Source of the DNA: an uncultured delta proteobacterium | GTDB taxonomy: Bacteria > Myxococcota_A > Polyangia > Polyangiales > Polyangiaceae | Assembly: GCA_963841435.1 (NCBI GenBank) | Contig: CAWJCS010000001.1 | Location: 288,001-352,000 of the forward strand | Reading direction: 5' to 3' | Length of the DNA stretch: 64,000 bases | Program-made: the position numbers and the translations under genes | Shown here: piece by piece, positions 27,267 to 37,953 of the stretch | Layout of the letters: the number at the start of each line of letters is the position of its first letter | Position numbering within the stretch: the first letter of the stretch is position 1 | Notes under the pieces: model-generated | What the model saw: the letters and a program-made list of their open reading frames with translations, nothing else | Told to the model about the DNA's origin: nothing | Database searches by the model: none

Positions 27267-29929
27267 GCGCCCTCCTCGCCGTCCGATTCGTCCGGCTCGT
27301 CCTCAGCTTCGAGGCCCGCGCTCTCTGTCACCACCGCCTCGGGATCCGTTGCTAGGTTTTCGAAGCTCTGCAAAAGGGCATCGATGAGCGCTTTTGGGTC
27401 GGGGAAGTCCACGAGGGTCCCCACAGTGTCCTGGCCCTCGCGGCGCACGAACCCGGCGCCGAGGATCTTCCCGAGCGCCTCGAAATCTTCGTAGCAGTAC
27501 TCCTCGAGGAGGGGGACGAGATCATCTCGAAACACGTCGAGGAAGCGTGAAGGGTCGGCGATGGGCCGGCCGGCATGCATGAGGTACGCGTGTCCGACTT
27601 GGAGATTTCGAGCGTCTCTCCCAACGTGGCTGACGATGCGTCGGTTGAGTTCGCGAAGCCACGCTCCCAGAGGCAAGTCGCCGACGACGGCGGAGCCCAG
27701 CGTGGCAGGGTCCGGCATCAGCTCCACGAACGCGAAGCGCCGACGCAGGGCCGTGTCGAGTAGAGCGATGGACCGGTCGGCCGTGTTCATCGTTCCCACG
27801 ACGAACACGTTCTTCGGTACCGAAAAGGTCTCCGTCGAGAGCGGGAGCGAACATTCTTTCCCACGCTTGTCGTGCTCGAGAAGGGTTAAGAGCTCGCCAA
27901 AAATCCGCGGCACGTCCCCGCGGTTGATCTCGTCGATCAAGAGGAAATACTCGTGGTTGGGATCTTCGCGTGCTCGGTCGCATAGGGAACGGAACGCACC
28001 CGGCTTCAGCTCAAACGCGACGCCGCCATCGGTTTTCACAGGGCGGTACCCTTCGATGAAGTCCTCGTAGCCGTACGCTGGGTGGAAAGTACACGTTGCC
28101 GAGGCCCCCGCCCGCTTTGCCTGCTCCGACTCCGCGGCGCTGACATCAGCGTGCGCCTTACCAAACCACGAGCGAGCAACCAGCTCCTGGATGGCCTCGG
28201 TGGCCCAATGCGTTTTGCCCGTTCCAGGCGGGCCATACAGAATGACTTGCCGCTTGCGCTGGAGAGCAGACTGGATGCGAGCGGGGATTCCGGAGAGCGC
28301 TGCTGGTGGACCGCTCCCAGCCTGTTCGAACGACGCAGGGACAGAGCGGGAAATGCGCGGCGCAGAGCCGCCGAGAAGCATCCGTTCGACGGCAACAAGG
28401 TTTGTCTGATGCTTGCCGAGCGGCCTGAACGTCGTGCGCAGGGCCTCCGCCGCTGGAAGGCGCCATTCAGACACGTTGCGCCACTCGACGGGGCGGCGGT
28501 GTGGGAAAGGTCCATCGCCGTCCTGAAAATGGTATCCCCCCGTGACGACCCCAATTCCGCGCACGGTCTGGCCGTTCATTGCGACGAAGACGTCGCGTTC
28601 GTGCGTGTTGACGACGAAATTGAAGACTTGCTGGTTGGTGCGGGTCACGACTCCCGCATCTCTTGGATAGAGTTCGGCCATGCGCGTTCGGAGCGCATCC
28701 TTTCCCTCCCTACTGGCGGGCACTTCTGACAGGTCTCCGAGCAACGGCCATCCGATCGCGCCAAACCCCCCGTCCCGCATTCGAGGCCACTCGTCCAGGT
28801 CATCGGACTTCGTGCCGATTCGCCAATATTCGTGCGGAGAGCCGTCGCGCTGGTTGAGAACGGCAGCCAGCTGATTCGGCGTTACGCCGAGCTCTCGCGC
28901 TGCCGTCACGAAGAAGGCGGCATTCGCGTAACGTCCGTCGGTCGGTACCTTCAGCAGCTTCCTCAGGTGGTAACGCTGGTAGGTCAACGCGTGGTAGTCG
29001 TCGAGGTAGCTCGGGTAGAGCAGTGAGAAGTACTTGTGCCCCCACGCCGTCTCGGCAACCGAGGGAGCGGCTTGGACCATGTGCTTCTGTAGTAGGTCGT
29101 ACGCGCGCGCCCCTGCACTCACAAAATCAGCCAGCACCGACGCTCCGCGAACGAGCTCGTCCCGCTGTTCCCGCACCTTGGCGACGGCGCCCGCCACGTC
29201 TAGCGGGACCTGCTTCAGCGAGCTACCCGTCCACCAGTCGCCCGTGTCAGAGGATTGGTAAATGCCGAACTTCAACGCGCTGCCGCCCGCGATACTCCCG
29301 AAGCGCGCAGGGAACTCTTCATCATCCTTGAACTCGAGCCAGTAAACCAAGCTGTCGCGGTTCGGCCTACCGTGCATCGTGGAGAGCAAGCGCTCGCCAT
29401 CCAACGACGCGAGCACCTCCGGACCAAACCGATCCCGAAAGCGGCGGTAGCACTCCGTCGCTTGCTCCGCGCGGAGCACGTTGCCATGAGCGCGCATGGT
29501 CTCGTAGCGTTCGAGAATGTCGTCGGCGACGCGAGGGTCAAGCGTGCCGGCCGCCTCGGGTTCGTCCTCGGAAGTATGCGCTTCGCCAAGCTCCGCGCGC
29601 GCCTTCGCGTGTTCCGCGAACACCGCACGCGCGTCGACGCTGGAGGTGGCTTTGCCTTTCTCCGTGAATGCCCAAACGCCGCGTGACGGATTTGTTAAAA
29701 GGTCGGCATATTTCAGGTACGTGCGAGCCCACGCAGCGCGGTAGGACGCCTCGCTCCGATCCGGGCGATCCATTTTGTGGGGGATCGCCAACACTTCGGG
29801 CGGCAGTTGCATCTCTGCCAGCGTGCGTTCATCGAGAGCCTGGAGATCGGCTTGGCCCCCGAGCGCCCGCAACGCTGCCAGAATCGGGTTCATGAAGTCC
29901 TGGATGACTGGGACTCGCTTGTTGATCAT
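27263..29929 (-). CDS. mcrB: McrB-family AAA+ GTPase with N-terminal Mrr_N winged helix and an extra putative DNA-reader domain
   Basis: YRAAWARTYLK...RGVW (Mrr_N); YGPPGTGKT, FHPAYGYEDFIEG, DEINR, MNTADRS. Confidence 0.9.
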   Translation of the reverse strand: MINKRVPVIQDFMNPILAALRALGGQADLQALDERTLAEMQLPPEVLAIPHKMDRPDRSEASYRAAWARTYLKYADLLTNPSRGVWAFTEKGKATSSVDARAVFAEHAKARAELGEAHTSEDEPEAAGTLDPRVADDILERYETMRAHGNVLRAEQATECYRRFRDRFGPEVLASLDGERLLSTMHGRPNRDSLVYWLEFKDDEEFPARFGSIAGGSALKFGIYQSSDTGDWWTGSSLKQVPLDVAGAVAKVREQRDELVRGASVLADFVSAGARAYDLLQKHMVQAAPSVAETAWGHKYFSLLYPSYLDDYHALTYQRYHLRKLLKVPTDGRYANAAFFVTAARELGVTPNQLAAVLNQRDGSPHEYWRIGTKSDDLDEWPRMRDGGFGAIGWPLLGDLSEVPASREGKDALRTRMAELYPRDAGVVTRTNQQVFNFVVNTHERDVFVAMNGQTVRGIGVVTGGYHFQDGDGPFPHRRPVEWRNVSEWRLPAAEALRTTFRPLGKHQTNLVAVERMLLGGSAPRISRSVPASFEQAGSGPPAALSGIPARIQSALQRKRQVILYGPPGTGKTHWATEAIQELVARSWFGKAHADVSAAESEQAKRAGASATCTFHPAYGYEDFIEGYRPVKTDGGVAFELKPGAFRSLCDRAREDPNHEYFLLIDEINRGDVPRIFGELLTLLEHDKRGKECSLPLSTETFSVPKNVFVVGTMNTADRSIALLDTALRRRFAFVELMPDPATLGSAVVGDLPLGAWLRELNRRIVSHVGRDARNLQVGHAYLMHAGRPIADPSRFLDVFRDDLVPLLEEYCYEDFEALGKILGAGFVRREGQDTVGTLVDFPDPKALIDALLQSFENLATDPEAVVTESAGLEAEDEPDESDGEEGA

Positions 29930-30279
29930 GGCCTTCCCCTAGGTAGCGCGGCGAGCGGTGCGCGGACGGATGCCGAATGCGCGAACCGCACACGGTAGCT
30001 CGCTTCCAGAAGCGTGATCAAGCGCGGGCCTCGGAGCGCTAGGGCCGTGACGCCCCCCATGAGCCCCTCGGTTTCATGCTGGACGCAGACGACGTGCGCG
30101 CTCGCGACGCGGTGTAGGTTCGTCATCATCTCAATCCCTGCCGCCACCTCCTCGAACTTCATACGCAGCCCCCCTGCCCGGGCGGCAAAATGTGCCCAGA
30201 CTCGTCTGAGGTTCGAATAGTCGCGCCCGGTGAGGGGTACGCTCAAGAGGTTTTTGGCCAACGCGCGGGGGTCGGTCAT
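29926..30279 (-). CDS. Hypothetical protein or remnant coupled to mcrB
   Basis: ATGA overlap with mcrB; no recognisable motif. Confidence 0.3.
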   Translation of the reverse strand: MTDPRALAKNLLSVPLTGRDYSNLRRVWAHFAARAGGLRMKFEEVAAGIEMMTNLHRVASAHVVCVQHETEGLMGGVTALALRGPRLITLLEASYRVRFAHSASVRAPLAALPRGRP

Positions 30280-30326
30280 GCCGAGGCCCTTGCCTTGCGT
30301 GTCCGTTGCAGGTCAAAACCTCTGCG

Positions 30327-31472
30327 ATGGGCAAAAGCGTGCTCTTCGCCGTGGTGCTCGGCGCAGCCTGGCTCGCCTCATGCGAAACCCAGAGCGGCAG
30401 TGCGGCGGCCTCAAGCGATCAGGCGGGCGGCCGCGCCCGCGGCGGAACTACCGGCAGTGGCGCAACTGCGGGGCGCGGCGTCAATGTCGCGGGCGGTGGT
30501 GGCTCGGCGGACTCAGGCCCGCATTCGGGTGGCGCCGACGCAGGCGCCACGCTCGGTGACGACGGGGGTGAGCCCATCGGCGGCGCCGGGGCCACGACTC
30601 ACCAGGGCGGTAACGGTCCGACCGCGAACGGCGGCGAAGCCGGGGCACATCCAGCCGGTGACGCAGGAGCGGCGGGGGAGGCAGGAGCCGGCGCTGGCAG
30701 CCAGACGGTACGCATCGCCAGCTTCAACATCAGGGACTTCGGGCCAACGAAGGCGGGCAAGCCCGAGGTGATGCATCAGCTGGCCGAGATTATCCGCTCC
30801 TACCCCCTCGTGGCCGTGCAGGAGATCAGCGACGCGAGCCAGACCGTGCCGTACACGTTCCTTCAGGAGATCAACGCGACCGGCCGGCTCTATGACCTCC
30901 TGCTCAGCCCTCGAAGTGGCCAGCAGGCAGACGATCGGACGTACCAGGAGCAGTACGCGTTCTATTACGATACGCGTGCGATCGACGCGCTGTCATCTGG
31001 CGTCCTTTTCGACGACTCCGCGAACGACTGGTTCGTCCGTGAGCCGTACCTTGCGCGCTTTCGGGTCCGCGGCGGTGGATTGACGTTCGCCGCGCTGACG
31101 TTCCATGCCCAGCCCGACACCGCGGTCGCGGAGATCGGTCATCTTGACGAGGTGATGCGCTGGGCGTCGCAGACGTTCCCGGAGGAGGACGACTTGATCT
31201 TGCTCGGGGACCTCGACGCAGGGTGCACGTACGCCTCTCCGGCCGAGCTGGACGCGCTTCCCATCCGTGGTGAGGACTACGTCTGGGTGGTGCCGGATAG
31301 CGCGGACACGAACGTGGCAGCGTCGGTGTGCGCTTACGATCGCATCGTCGTGACCCGCAGGACGATCTCGAACCTGACGGGAGCGTGGGGCGTGGAGGAG
31401 GCGTTCACGGACAATGGCGTATCGGATCACTGGCCCGTTTGGGCAGAGCTGTGGGGTGACGAGCGAGACTGA
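30327..31472 (+). CDS. DNase I-like (EEP) lipoprotein with Gly-rich linker
   Basis: Lipobox WLASC; IASFNIRDFG, VAVQEI, EQYAFYY, FVREP, CAYDRIV, VSDHWPV. Confidence 0.9.
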   Translation: MGKSVLFAVVLGAAWLASCETQSGSAAASSDQAGGRARGGTTGSGATAGRGVNVAGGGGSADSGPHSGGADAGATLGDDGGEPIGGAGATTHQGGNGPTANGGEAGAHPAGDAGAAGEAGAGAGSQTVRIASFNIRDFGPTKAGKPEVMHQLAEIIRSYPLVAVQEISDASQTVPYTFLQEINATGRLYDLLLSPRSGQQADDRTYQEQYAFYYDTRAIDALSSGVLFDDSANDWFVREPYLARFRVRGGGLTFAALTFHAQPDTAVAEIGHLDEVMRWASQTFPEEDDLILLGDLDAGCTYASPAELDALPIRGEDYVWVVPDSADTNVAASVCAYDRIVVTRRTISNLTGAWGVEEAFTDNGVSDHWPVWAELWGDERD

Positions 31473-31655
31473 TAGACTGATACACCTTGTCCAGGTCTCT
31501 CTAGTCGTGCGGTCCGAAATCCGGGGGGTCAGATGAGCTGCGTCCATCTGCACCGTTTCGTCGTCTGTCCCGTGCCAGCGGGAGCTCGCAGATGCCATTT
31601 CCTATCGTGCCCGCAGTGCACGCACGAGCCTGCGTCCGGTTGGCTGGTCATTGCA

Positions 31656-33791
31656 TCATCCTCCCGGTTTCGGTGCTCCCGAGCTCTTCGCCAATTGTTC
31701 TCGCGGAGCGTGCCTCGCCCCCTCCACATCCAGCACCCCCTCCACAATCAGCCTCCCCAACAAATCCTCCGGCAAACACCGGTCAAACTTCGACAACCGC
31801 CCTTTCGACGCGCCCACCGCGAACCGCGCAGCGTCTTCCTTCGTCGGCCCCTGCCGCTCCGCGATCGTTTCGATCGCCTGCCGCACCGCCACGACGCTCT
31901 CTCCCGCCTTCTCCTTGAACCGGATCGAGGTGTTCCCGCTCGTCACTTTTTCGCCGAGCTCCGCACCGAGCATCCGAGCGAGTAGCAGGTTCGCGCCGCC
32001 GCCGGCGAACGTCCACCATTCTAGCTGCTCCGCGCCCTCGAGGATCGGCGACGGTTCGTCGTGCAGAAACGCGTGCTCAGCACGCAGCGTCCGCATGATG
32101 GCACGCGCGCGCTGTGACCACGCCGGATCCTCGAATTCGCCGACGAGGATGCGGCGCATGGCTTGGCACAGCGCATAGCCGAGGAAGCGAGCGCCGCCGG
32201 ACCAGCGGGGGGCTTTGCCGGTTTGGGCGGGCTTGACGATGCAGATGCCGCGCTCCCATTCGACGGTGATGATTTGCCAGGCGCGGCCGGCGAGCATGAA
32301 GGCGCCGCGCTCGGCGTCGGAGTCGATGGCGGTGAGGAATTGGGCGTCGATGGTGCCCACGTCTTCCGTGCCGGCGCGCACCGTGATCAGGCGGGGGGTG
32401 TCGAAGACGGCGTAGAGCTCGCGGAAGTTGGCGCGGCCGTAGCGGCGCTCGCCTTCGGGGCCGAGCCAGAGCTTGCCTTCTTGGTCGGCGAGGATGCCGC
32501 CCGCGAGCATGTGGTCGATGATGCGGGTGCGTTCCTCGGCCGTGATGGCCGAGAAGGCGGCGGCTCCGTCGAGCCAGGCCCAGAGATCGCCGCGGGCAAT
32601 GCCTCCGTGCTGCACGGCGAGGCCCATGATTTGGTGGGCTAGGATGTGAAAGGCGTTGTGGCTCGGGCGAATCCGTTCGACGAAGCCTTCGCGGAAGAGT
32701 TGGATGATGGCCGCCGCCTGGAGCGCGCCGGTGTCTTTCGTTGCGAGGAAGGTGCAATTGGCGGGGCCGCCGCGTCGGCCGGTGCGGCCCATGCGCTGGA
32801 GGAAGCTCGCGACGCTAGGCGGGGCGTCGAGTTGCAAGACGTGGTCGAGGTCTCCGACGTCGATGCCGAGCTCGAGCGCGCTCGTGGCGACGATCACGCA
32901 GTCTCCGCCCTCTTGAAAGGCTCGCTCCGCGTCGCGGCGCTCGCTCATCGCAAGGGAGCCGTGCGAGACGAAGGTCATGACGCCGAGGCCGCCGAGGAGG
33001 TTGCCGAGTAGCTCGGCCTGCCGGCGTGAGTCGACGAAGACCAGCCGCTTCTTTCCCGGGTGGAGCGCCTGAACCACGTGGGCCGCGTTCTCCACGCTGC
33101 CCACGAAATCCAACGAGAGCTCCGGCGCGCGTTTGGCGCCGCCGGGGTCCACGACCGTCGCCTCACGCTTCGAGCTTCCCTGGACCCAGCGCAGGATTTC
33201 GTCCGGGTTGCCGACCGTGGCGGAGAGACCGATGCGTTGCACGTCGCGACCGCAGAAGCGGGTTAGACGTTCCATCAACGCCGAGAGGTGTGCGCCCCGG
33301 TCGTCGCCCGCGAAGGCGTGGATCTCGTCGATGACGACGGCGCGCAACCCCGAAAACAGCTCACGGGTGGGCACGCGGGCGCTGATGAAGCTTGCTTCGA
33401 GCGACTCTGGCGTGATGAGCAAGATGTCGGTCGGCTCCTCCAAGAAGCGCTTGCGAGCGCTCTGGGCCGTGTCGCCGTGCCATTTGAAGACACGACGCCC
33501 GATGGTTCCCGCGTAGCGACTGATCCGATCCTCCTGGTTGTTGAGCAGGGCGCGGATGGGCGACAGGTAGATGACCGAGATGGGGTGCCAGTCCTCGCTG
33601 TCCATGGCGGACAGGAGCGGAAAGAAGGCGGCTTCGGTCTTCCCGCCGGCAGTGGGCGCCAGGACGACGGCATTCTTTCCATCGAGGAGAGCCTCGATGG
33701 CTTGCTCCTGCACCGGGCGGAGCTCTCGGAAACCGAGGGTGTTGACGATCTGGTACTGGAGCGCCCCCGAAAGGCGCTCGAACGCGGTCAT
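31656..33791 (-). CDS. brxHI: BREX-2 Lhr-like DEAD/H helicase
   Basis: APTAGGKTEA, IDEIH, GLSATVGN, QRMGRTGRR; coupled downstream of brxD. Confidence 0.88.
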   Translation of the reverse strand: MTAFERLSGALQYQIVNTLGFRELRPVQEQAIEALLDGKNAVVLAPTAGGKTEAAFFPLLSAMDSEDWHPISVIYLSPIRALLNNQEDRISRYAGTIGRRVFKWHGDTAQSARKRFLEEPTDILLITPESLEASFISARVPTRELFSGLRAVVIDEIHAFAGDDRGAHLSALMERLTRFCGRDVQRIGLSATVGNPDEILRWVQGSSKREATVVDPGGAKRAPELSLDFVGSVENAAHVVQALHPGKKRLVFVDSRRQAELLGNLLGGLGVMTFVSHGSLAMSERRDAERAFQEGGDCVIVATSALELGIDVGDLDHVLQLDAPPSVASFLQRMGRTGRRGGPANCTFLATKDTGALQAAAIIQLFREGFVERIRPSHNAFHILAHQIMGLAVQHGGIARGDLWAWLDGAAAFSAITAEERTRIIDHMLAGGILADQEGKLWLGPEGERRYGRANFRELYAVFDTPRLITVRAGTEDVGTIDAQFLTAIDSDAERGAFMLAGRAWQIITVEWERGICIVKPAQTGKAPRWSGGARFLGYALCQAMRRILVGEFEDPAWSQRARAIMRTLRAEHAFLHDEPSPILEGAEQLEWWTFAGGGANLLLARMLGAELGEKVTSGNTSIRFKEKAGESVVAVRQAIETIAERQGPTKEDAARFAVGASKGRLSKFDRCLPEDLLGRLIVEGVLDVEGARHAPREQLAKSSGAPKPGG

Positions 33792-35140
33792 TCGAGCCCG
33801 CTCCGAGGCTTTTGCCCTGCTTCTCCGAGATCCAGCGCGATGTCGTCGGGGCTCCTCGTGATGCCGGCGGCCGCGCGCTCTTCGTCGGTCATTTCGTTGG
33901 CTTCAACGACCAGGCTGTAGTGAACGCGGGGGTCGAAGTCAGGGTGCTCGTCCACTCGATCGATCACGTCGACGATGCGCTTCAGGAAGATGCGCGGAGC
34001 GACGCCGACTTTGCCGCCAAGCTTTCCGGCAACGCCGCGAGCGAGCTCCGCAACAACGTCGTCCGGGACCCGCTCTGCAAGACGTTGCTTGTTCTCGGTC
34101 GGATAGAGGTCCCGCACCCGGCGGCCGACCTGAACCATCCGCTCGTGAGTGAACGGTTGAAGCCGGATCTGCGGCGCGCGCGGGTTGTCGAAACGAGGGT
34201 CCTTGCCGAGCTCGGTGTGGAGGCGTTGGGCAAGGGCGGGGGCGCGCTGCACGCCCTGCGGGCCGTCGAAGAATTGCGGCGTGCCCGTGATGAGCACGTA
34301 GAGCCCGGGGAAGGCGCCGTTCGTGAGGTCGTCGATGAGCTGGCGCAACGCGTTGAGGCTCTTTTCCCGGGCATCCGTGCGGACGCGCTGGATCGTCTCC
34401 ACTTCGTCCAGCACGAGGACCAAGCCCTTGCGCCCCGTCTGCTTGAGAACTTCGAGCAGACCACGAATGAAGCCGGCCGCGCCAAAGTGATCGACCTCGC
34501 CCTTCAGTCCCGCGGCGCGCGTGATGTCTTGCCCGACGTTCGGCTGGCCCATGAGCCAGGCAATGAGCCCCTCCGCGAGCGCGTGTTCACCCCGGACGCG
34601 AGCGGTGTGTGCCCGTCGTAAGGCAGCCGCGAACTGGGGCTGAGTTGCGCTGACGGTCGCGAGCCGCTGCTCGAGCAGATCGCCCACGGCAGTGGCAACG
34701 GCCTCGGGATTGGCCGCGTTCACTTTGCCCGCACCGAGGACTTCGTCCTCGAGCGTGAAGAACCAGCGATCGATGAGCGAGCGGAACGCTCCGTCCGCCC
34801 ACTCTTCGGTTTGAAGCTGCTCCACGCCCCGCCGGTACACGGTTTCCATCCGGTAGAGCGGCGTCTCGGTCTCGGAGATTTGCACGAGGGTCGTGGCGAA
34901 CCCGCGTTCACGCGCTCGCTGCTCAAGCCAGCGCGAAAAGAAGGTCTTGCCGGTGCCGTACTCGCCCCGCACCGCCTTGAAGCGCCCGCTTCCGGCGGCA
35001 ACGCTGGCAAGCTCCTCGTCGATCGCCTTCTCGAACGGCTCCAGACCGACCGCGAACAGCTCGAGACCGCGTCGCGGGACGGCGCCGATGCGCAGCGCGT
35101 CGATGATCTCGCGTCGCTTCAGAGGGCTCGGTGTGCTCAC
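33788..35140 (-). CDS. brxD: BREX ATP-binding protein BrxD
   Basis: IIDALRIGAVPRRGL, RGEYGTGKTF, LVLDEVET, DNPRAPQIRL. Confidence 0.92.
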   Translation of the reverse strand: MSTPSPLKRREIIDALRIGAVPRRGLELFAVGLEPFEKAIDEELASVAAGSGRFKAVRGEYGTGKTFFSRWLEQRARERGFATTLVQISETETPLYRMETVYRRGVEQLQTEEWADGAFRSLIDRWFFTLEDEVLGAGKVNAANPEAVATAVGDLLEQRLATVSATQPQFAAALRRAHTARVRGEHALAEGLIAWLMGQPNVGQDITRAAGLKGEVDHFGAAGFIRGLLEVLKQTGRKGLVLVLDEVETIQRVRTDAREKSLNALRQLIDDLTNGAFPGLYVLITGTPQFFDGPQGVQRAPALAQRLHTELGKDPRFDNPRAPQIRLQPFTHERMVQVGRRVRDLYPTENKQRLAERVPDDVVAELARGVAGKLGGKVGVAPRIFLKRIVDVIDRVDEHPDFDPRVHYSLVVEANEMTDEERAAAGITRSPDDIALDLGEAGQKPRSGLE

Positions 35141-37953
35141 AGCTTCACCTCGAACTGTTGCTCGAGCTTCGGCTTGTCCAAAAAGACTTGCCGGGTGCGC
35201 GATTCGAAGCGGAGTACCGCGTAGCCGTCAACGTTGAGCACTTCTTGTAGGCCTCTCACGTACCCTTCTACACGGAACGGAAGCACGTCGAGGTGTTGCG
35301 CGAAAACGTCCGCCGCCAACGCACCGCCGCGCGAGAGCAAGAGCTCCACGGCGCGGACGGCTCGTTCGCGCGCTTCGGCCTTCGGAGCCCGTGCCTTGAG
35401 CATCTCGCAGTTCGCGAACGCTGCAAGCGCGCCGTCGAGCGGCGAAGCCGCGGTAGGTGCGGTCACCGGCACGGGAGCCACGACCGGCACCACCTGCGGG
35501 AGCCCGAGCTGGCCATCCAGGACACCTTTCGGGCGCCTCTTGCCTACCGAGGGCGGTTTGGGCGTGCGGCTGACCTCGACCGCCGGGCGGACCGCAAAGT
35601 GCCACCAGTCGGGGACGTAAGCGGGACGCGGTCGGAGCGCTTCGTCGACGAGAGCGTCGGGACCCGGCTCGTCCCAACCGATCAAGACGCACGGGGCGAC
35701 CACCTCCGCCAGCGTGGCGCCGCCGTGTTCGCCGGCGTGCGCGGCGGAGCCGTAGCGCTTGTCCTCGGTGGCCAACAACACGACCCCCTCGGCTCCCTTC
35801 GTCGTGTAGACCCCCTGCCCCTTGAAGAGGAGCTCGCCGGGTTGGAGCGTGTCCACGTCGCCCAGCCACGGGCGGTAGCGGGCACCGGCCTGGCCGGGAG
35901 ACGCGAGCGTTCGGAGACGATCCGCTGGGACGTGACCGTGGTCCGCTGCGAGGAGGATCGTTCGACCCGCATCGCGCGCCGCGTCCAACAGATCGGAGAG
36001 CGACCGGATGGTTTCCACCGTCCAGGTCGACTGCTGCTGGGTGTCGCCCTTGAGCGACGCATCGATCGCGTTGACGACAATGCCGACGACCCGCCGCCGG
36101 GCGTCGGCAATCAGGCTCAGGGCTTCTTTGGTCGCTGAGCCGTCGCCGGTGTGCCCCTCGCTGCGGAGCAAGAGCTTGGGGCCGACCGCCTGGTCGCAGA
36201 AGGGCTGCAAGATCTTGTTGTCGCGGAAGCGGTCGTCGTCCTTCTGGGTGTTCAGCGTCGAGCCGCTGGGCATCTCCTTGCCCGCGAAGAACGCCGAGCG
36301 GCTGACCTCGGTCGTGGTCGGTAGATTCGCGAGCATGGCCGGGTAGGCACCGTCTCCGACCCGGTTCATCGCGTGCCAGGCGATCGGTGCCCAACCGTGA
36401 GAGCGCGTGCCGAGCGATTGCAGGAGCTCGACCGCCTGCGCCCAGGCCATGCCATCCATGAGCAACACGAGCAGCTTCCGCGCCCCGTCCTTTTCCAGGA
36501 ATTGCGCCCCAAAGCGCTTGAGCGCCTGATCGATCGGCACGACCTGGTTGGACGGACGCCCCGCCACAACCCAGCTCCTCAGCGCTTTCGCAAAGCGTTC
36601 GTCGAGCAACGCTCGCTCGCGATCCGCCCACGCAACGACGGCTTCGGCGCCTCGCCCGAGCGTGGCTTCCGCCGTGCCGCGCGCCCAGCGTCGCGCCCAG
36701 TCGACGAAGCCGCCCTCCTCCGCGTACCAGCGTCCGAGCACGATCGCGTCGGCGTAGTCCGCATCGGACGCTTCGAGCTGCTGATCGGGGCGTACCACGA
36801 GCCACGCGAGCAGCCGGACGGCCATCTCGGCGCGTTTCACCGCCCGGGTGTGCGCCGACTCCTGGAACAGGACGTGGCTCTCGAGCGCTTTCAGCGCTGC
36901 CGCCGCTTCCCCGACCGCTTCGATGCTCGGTTCAGCGACCCCGCGCTCGAGCGCGACCCCGATGCGCTCCAGGCGTGCCGCCCACGCCGAAGGCAAGCGA
37001 TCGTTGGCGACCAGCGCAGAGCGAACTTCCGGGTGGTCAACACGAGCATCCGCCGAATGGACGATGCGCTGGATCTCGTCAGGCGGAACCCGCCGCTCCA
37101 GCGCCCGGAACGCGAGAGGCGCTGCCTCACCGAGCGCCTTCGCGACTTCCGGGATCTGCAGGATCGCCGACGCGCCAACCACGGGCTTGAGACGCTCTGT
37201 AAGCCACATGCGCACGAGGCCGTCCTCGTTCGGGGCCAACGTTTCGCAAAGCAGCGCGAGCTCGAGCAGCTCGGCTCCGCGCCCCTCTTCCCAGGCGCGC
37301 CAGATGAGCGGCCCGACCAGCCCGAGCACCTTCCCCAAATGCTCCAGGAGCCCCGCCCGGACCCCGATCGCGGCCGGCTCGGTGGCCTCGTTCATCGCCT
37401 CCAGGAAGCGCGCCCCCCGGCGATCGGTGCCCGCCCAGGCGAGCAGCGTGTCTCGCGCCAGCCCACCCCCCACGTCGACACCCCAATCCGCCGAAAGCCA
37501 CGCAGCCCACAGACCGTTTTCCGTGACCCGACCGGCCGCGACCGGGTACGCCTTGGTCGGGTTCTGGGGACGCAAGAGGTAGCGCGCAAGCGAGGAGCGG
37601 GCCACGTCGTCCGCTTCGCGCGCGCCGCAGAGCGTGAGCAGCCGGCGCGTGGAGTCGATCGCTCGAACGGATTCGCTGCTGAAGCGCCCGCGAAGATCGA
37701 GCGGAACGTCACCCTGCCACGGCACCAGGAAAACGATGCGCGCCCCGGCGTCCTCGAGCGGCGGCATCCGCTCCCGGAGCTCGAGCTCACTGCGCACCGG
37801 CTGCACCGTGAATTCACCCACGCCGTCGACGCTTACCGAGTCTTCCGCCCCCTTGCCGAACACGGCGACCAGGTGGTGGCGCCGCTCCCGCCGGTAGATG
37901 CGGTTGAGCTCCTCCTGGATCTCGCGCCGCTGGAGCTCCGGGACTTCGGTCAT
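35137..37953 (-). CDS. pglZ: BREX-2 phosphatase-family protein PglZ
   Basis: LLMDGMAW, LPTTTEVSR, AADHGHV, HGGATLAEVVAP, LQEVLNVDGY. Confidence 0.92.
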   Translation of the reverse strand: MTEVPELQRREIQEELNRIYRRERRHHLVAVFGKGAEDSVSVDGVGEFTVQPVRSELELRERMPPLEDAGARIVFLVPWQGDVPLDLRGRFSSESVRAIDSTRRLLTLCGAREADDVARSSLARYLLRPQNPTKAYPVAAGRVTENGLWAAWLSADWGVDVGGGLARDTLLAWAGTDRRGARFLEAMNEATEPAAIGVRAGLLEHLGKVLGLVGPLIWRAWEEGRGAELLELALLCETLAPNEDGLVRMWLTERLKPVVGASAILQIPEVAKALGEAAPLAFRALERRVPPDEIQRIVHSADARVDHPEVRSALVANDRLPSAWAARLERIGVALERGVAEPSIEAVGEAAAALKALESHVLFQESAHTRAVKRAEMAVRLLAWLVVRPDQQLEASDADYADAIVLGRWYAEEGGFVDWARRWARGTAEATLGRGAEAVVAWADRERALLDERFAKALRSWVVAGRPSNQVVPIDQALKRFGAQFLEKDGARKLLVLLMDGMAWAQAVELLQSLGTRSHGWAPIAWHAMNRVGDGAYPAMLANLPTTTEVSRSAFFAGKEMPSGSTLNTQKDDDRFRDNKILQPFCDQAVGPKLLLRSEGHTGDGSATKEALSLIADARRRVVGIVVNAIDASLKGDTQQQSTWTVETIRSLSDLLDAARDAGRTILLAADHGHVPADRLRTLASPGQAGARYRPWLGDVDTLQPGELLFKGQGVYTTKGAEGVVLLATEDKRYGSAAHAGEHGGATLAEVVAPCVLIGWDEPGPDALVDEALRPRPAYVPDWWHFAVRPAVEVSRTPKPPSVGKRRPKGVLDGQLGLPQVVPVVAPVPVTAPTAASPLDGALAAFANCEMLKARAPKAEARERAVRAVELLLSRGGALAADVFAQHLDVLPFRVEGYVRGLQEVLNVDGYAVLRFESRTRQVFLDKPKLEQQFEVKL

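Noticed and set aside
31529-31651. 40-aa CxxC-H ORF after brxHI; also a Cys-rich 46-aa frame near 62653-62793
   Set aside because: Both are too short and unassignable, probably gene remnants.
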